Source: Rhodospirillales bacterium
GTDB taxonomy: Bacteria; Pseudomonadota; Alphaproteobacteria; Rhodospirillales; Casp-alpha2
NCBI GenBank assembly: GCA_965229805.1
Contig: CBDDJO010000002.1
Span: forward strand, 925,811 to 989,810
Length of the DNA: 64,000 nucleotides
Reading direction: 5' to 3'
Part shown: positions 63,302-64,000 of the stretch, in pieces
Layout of the letters: every line of letters begins with the position of its first letter
How positions within the stretch are numbered: position 1 is the stretch's first letter
Program-made: the position numbers and the translations under genes
Notes under the pieces: generated by a model
What the model was told of the DNA's origin: nothing
The model's input: only the letters and a program-made list of their open reading frames with translations
Databases searched by the model: none

Positions 63302-64000
63302 ATGGAGAAAGAATACGAAACGCTGAAGCTGGAACGGATTGAAGATCATCTGCTTGTCGTAACCTTGGATAGGCCGCATGCTGGCAATTCGACGAATACC
63401 CAAATGGGGCGTGATTTCCTCGACCTGTGGACCGAGCTTTATATCGACCAGCAAGGCATCAGGTGCGTTGTTCTCACGGGCGCCGGCGATCGCATTTTCA
63501 GCGCAGGCGGTGATCTTAAAGAACGAAATAACATGACGGACGAAGACTGGCATCGTCAGCACAGTCTTTTTGAACGGGCGCGCCAATCGCTGATGCAATG
63601 CCCTGTCCCTGTGATTGCAGCTGTCAACGGTGCAGCGTATGGCGGGGGGGCGGAGACGGCCCTGACATGCGATTTCATTTTTGCGGCAAAGCGGGCGAAG
63701 TTTGCGCTGACCGAAGTAAAGTTGGGGATTATGCCTGGTGGTATGGGGACACTGCAGTTGCCGCGTGCGGTTGGCGTGCGGCGGGCGAAGCAGATCATCC
63801 TGAGCGCCGAGCCATTCACTGCGGACGAGGCCTATGAATGGGGCATGGTAAACAAGGTATGCAATGACGACACCTTGATGGATGAAACGATAGAAGTGGC
63901 GCGCAAAATCTGCAGCAACGCGCCTCTGTCGATTTGTCAGGCGAAGAAATCGATGAATGTCTCAACGCAGGTTGACCTTTTCAACGGCTTCGCTTTTGAG
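63302..64000 (+). CDS. Enoyl-CoA hydratase/isomerase (crotonase) family protein, 3' end outside window
   Basis: Not in the ORF track because there is no stop in the window. My own translation from the ATG at 63302 gives MEKEYETLKLERIEDHLLVVTLDRP...VVLTGAGDRIFSAGGDLKE...AAVNGAAYGGGAETALTCDFIFA...LTEVKLGIMPGGMGTLQLPRAVG, which are the canonical crotonase oxyanion-hole segments. Confidence 0.8.
   Translation, partial: MEKEYETLKLERIEDHLLVVTLDRPHAGNSTNTQMGRDFLDLWTELYIDQQGIRCVVLTGAGDRIFSAGGDLKERNNMTDEDWHRQHSLFERARQSLMQCPVPVIAAVNGAAYGGGAETALTCDFIFAAKRAKFALTEVKLGIMPGGMGTLQLPRAVGVRRAKQIILSAEPFTADEAYEWGMVNKVCNDDTLMDETIEVARKICSNAPLSICQAKKSMNVSTQVDLFNGFAFE

Noticed and set aside
1-64000. Search for rRNA, tRNA, CRISPR arrays, prophage or defence-system genes.
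   Set aside because: I saw no direct-repeat/spacer periodicity, no tRNA-like cloverleaf candidates in the few non-coding stretches, and no nuclease, helicase or methylase-type defence genes. The window is essentially all metabolic genes plus IS elements. Small RNAs cannot be excluded by eye.

Overview
High-GC, proteobacterial-type (probably alphaproteobacterial) catabolic DNA. It is densely coding and I saw no rRNA, tRNA or CRISPR. All functions are inferred by eye from translated motifs and gene context. No BLAST, HMM or structure search was run, so family calls are firmer than substrate calls.

The window divides into four blocks:

(1) 1-11.4 kb: a sulfoacetaldehyde-type module. It holds a TRAP importer, a TauE/TSUP exporter, an IclR regulator, a GMC dehydrogenase, an Xsc-like TPP enzyme and Pta. 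It also carries an unassigned two-component Rieske oxygenase.

(2) 11.6-17.25 kb: housekeeping pccR-bioY-pccB-pccA (propionyl-CoA carboxylase).

(3) 17.28-37.85 kb: a ~20.6 kb island. It is bracketed by the two inverted termini of one broken IS3-family element, with a second IS3-family element (one intact copy, one 225-bp miniature) just inside each end. The cargo resembles the ipfABDEF aryl-alkanoyl-CoA system: PDR-type reductase, Rieske alpha/beta, SCPx-thiolase-like protein, DUF35 and CoA ligase. It also holds an alpha-methylacyl-CoA racemase, a TRAP system and a homoprotocatechuate-like meta-cleavage set.

(4) 38-64 kb: a CoA-transferase-rich acyl-CoA catabolic region. It holds TRAP and MFS transporters, a MenB/BadI-family crotonase, EtfBA and ETF-QO, an orphan 2-oxoacid dehydrogenase E1, and a hydratase/PrpD/CoA-transferase trio. 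It also holds an SDR, an ACAD, two IclR regulators and a further crotonase.

The most unusual items in block 4 are two adjacent genes that each encode a tandem-duplicated family III CoA-transferase, and a recurring AAATGGAAT-N2-ATTCCATTT operator-like palindrome linking several promoters. Two genes in this region carry single inactivating lesions: a TGG-to-TGA nonsense and a 1-nt frameshift.
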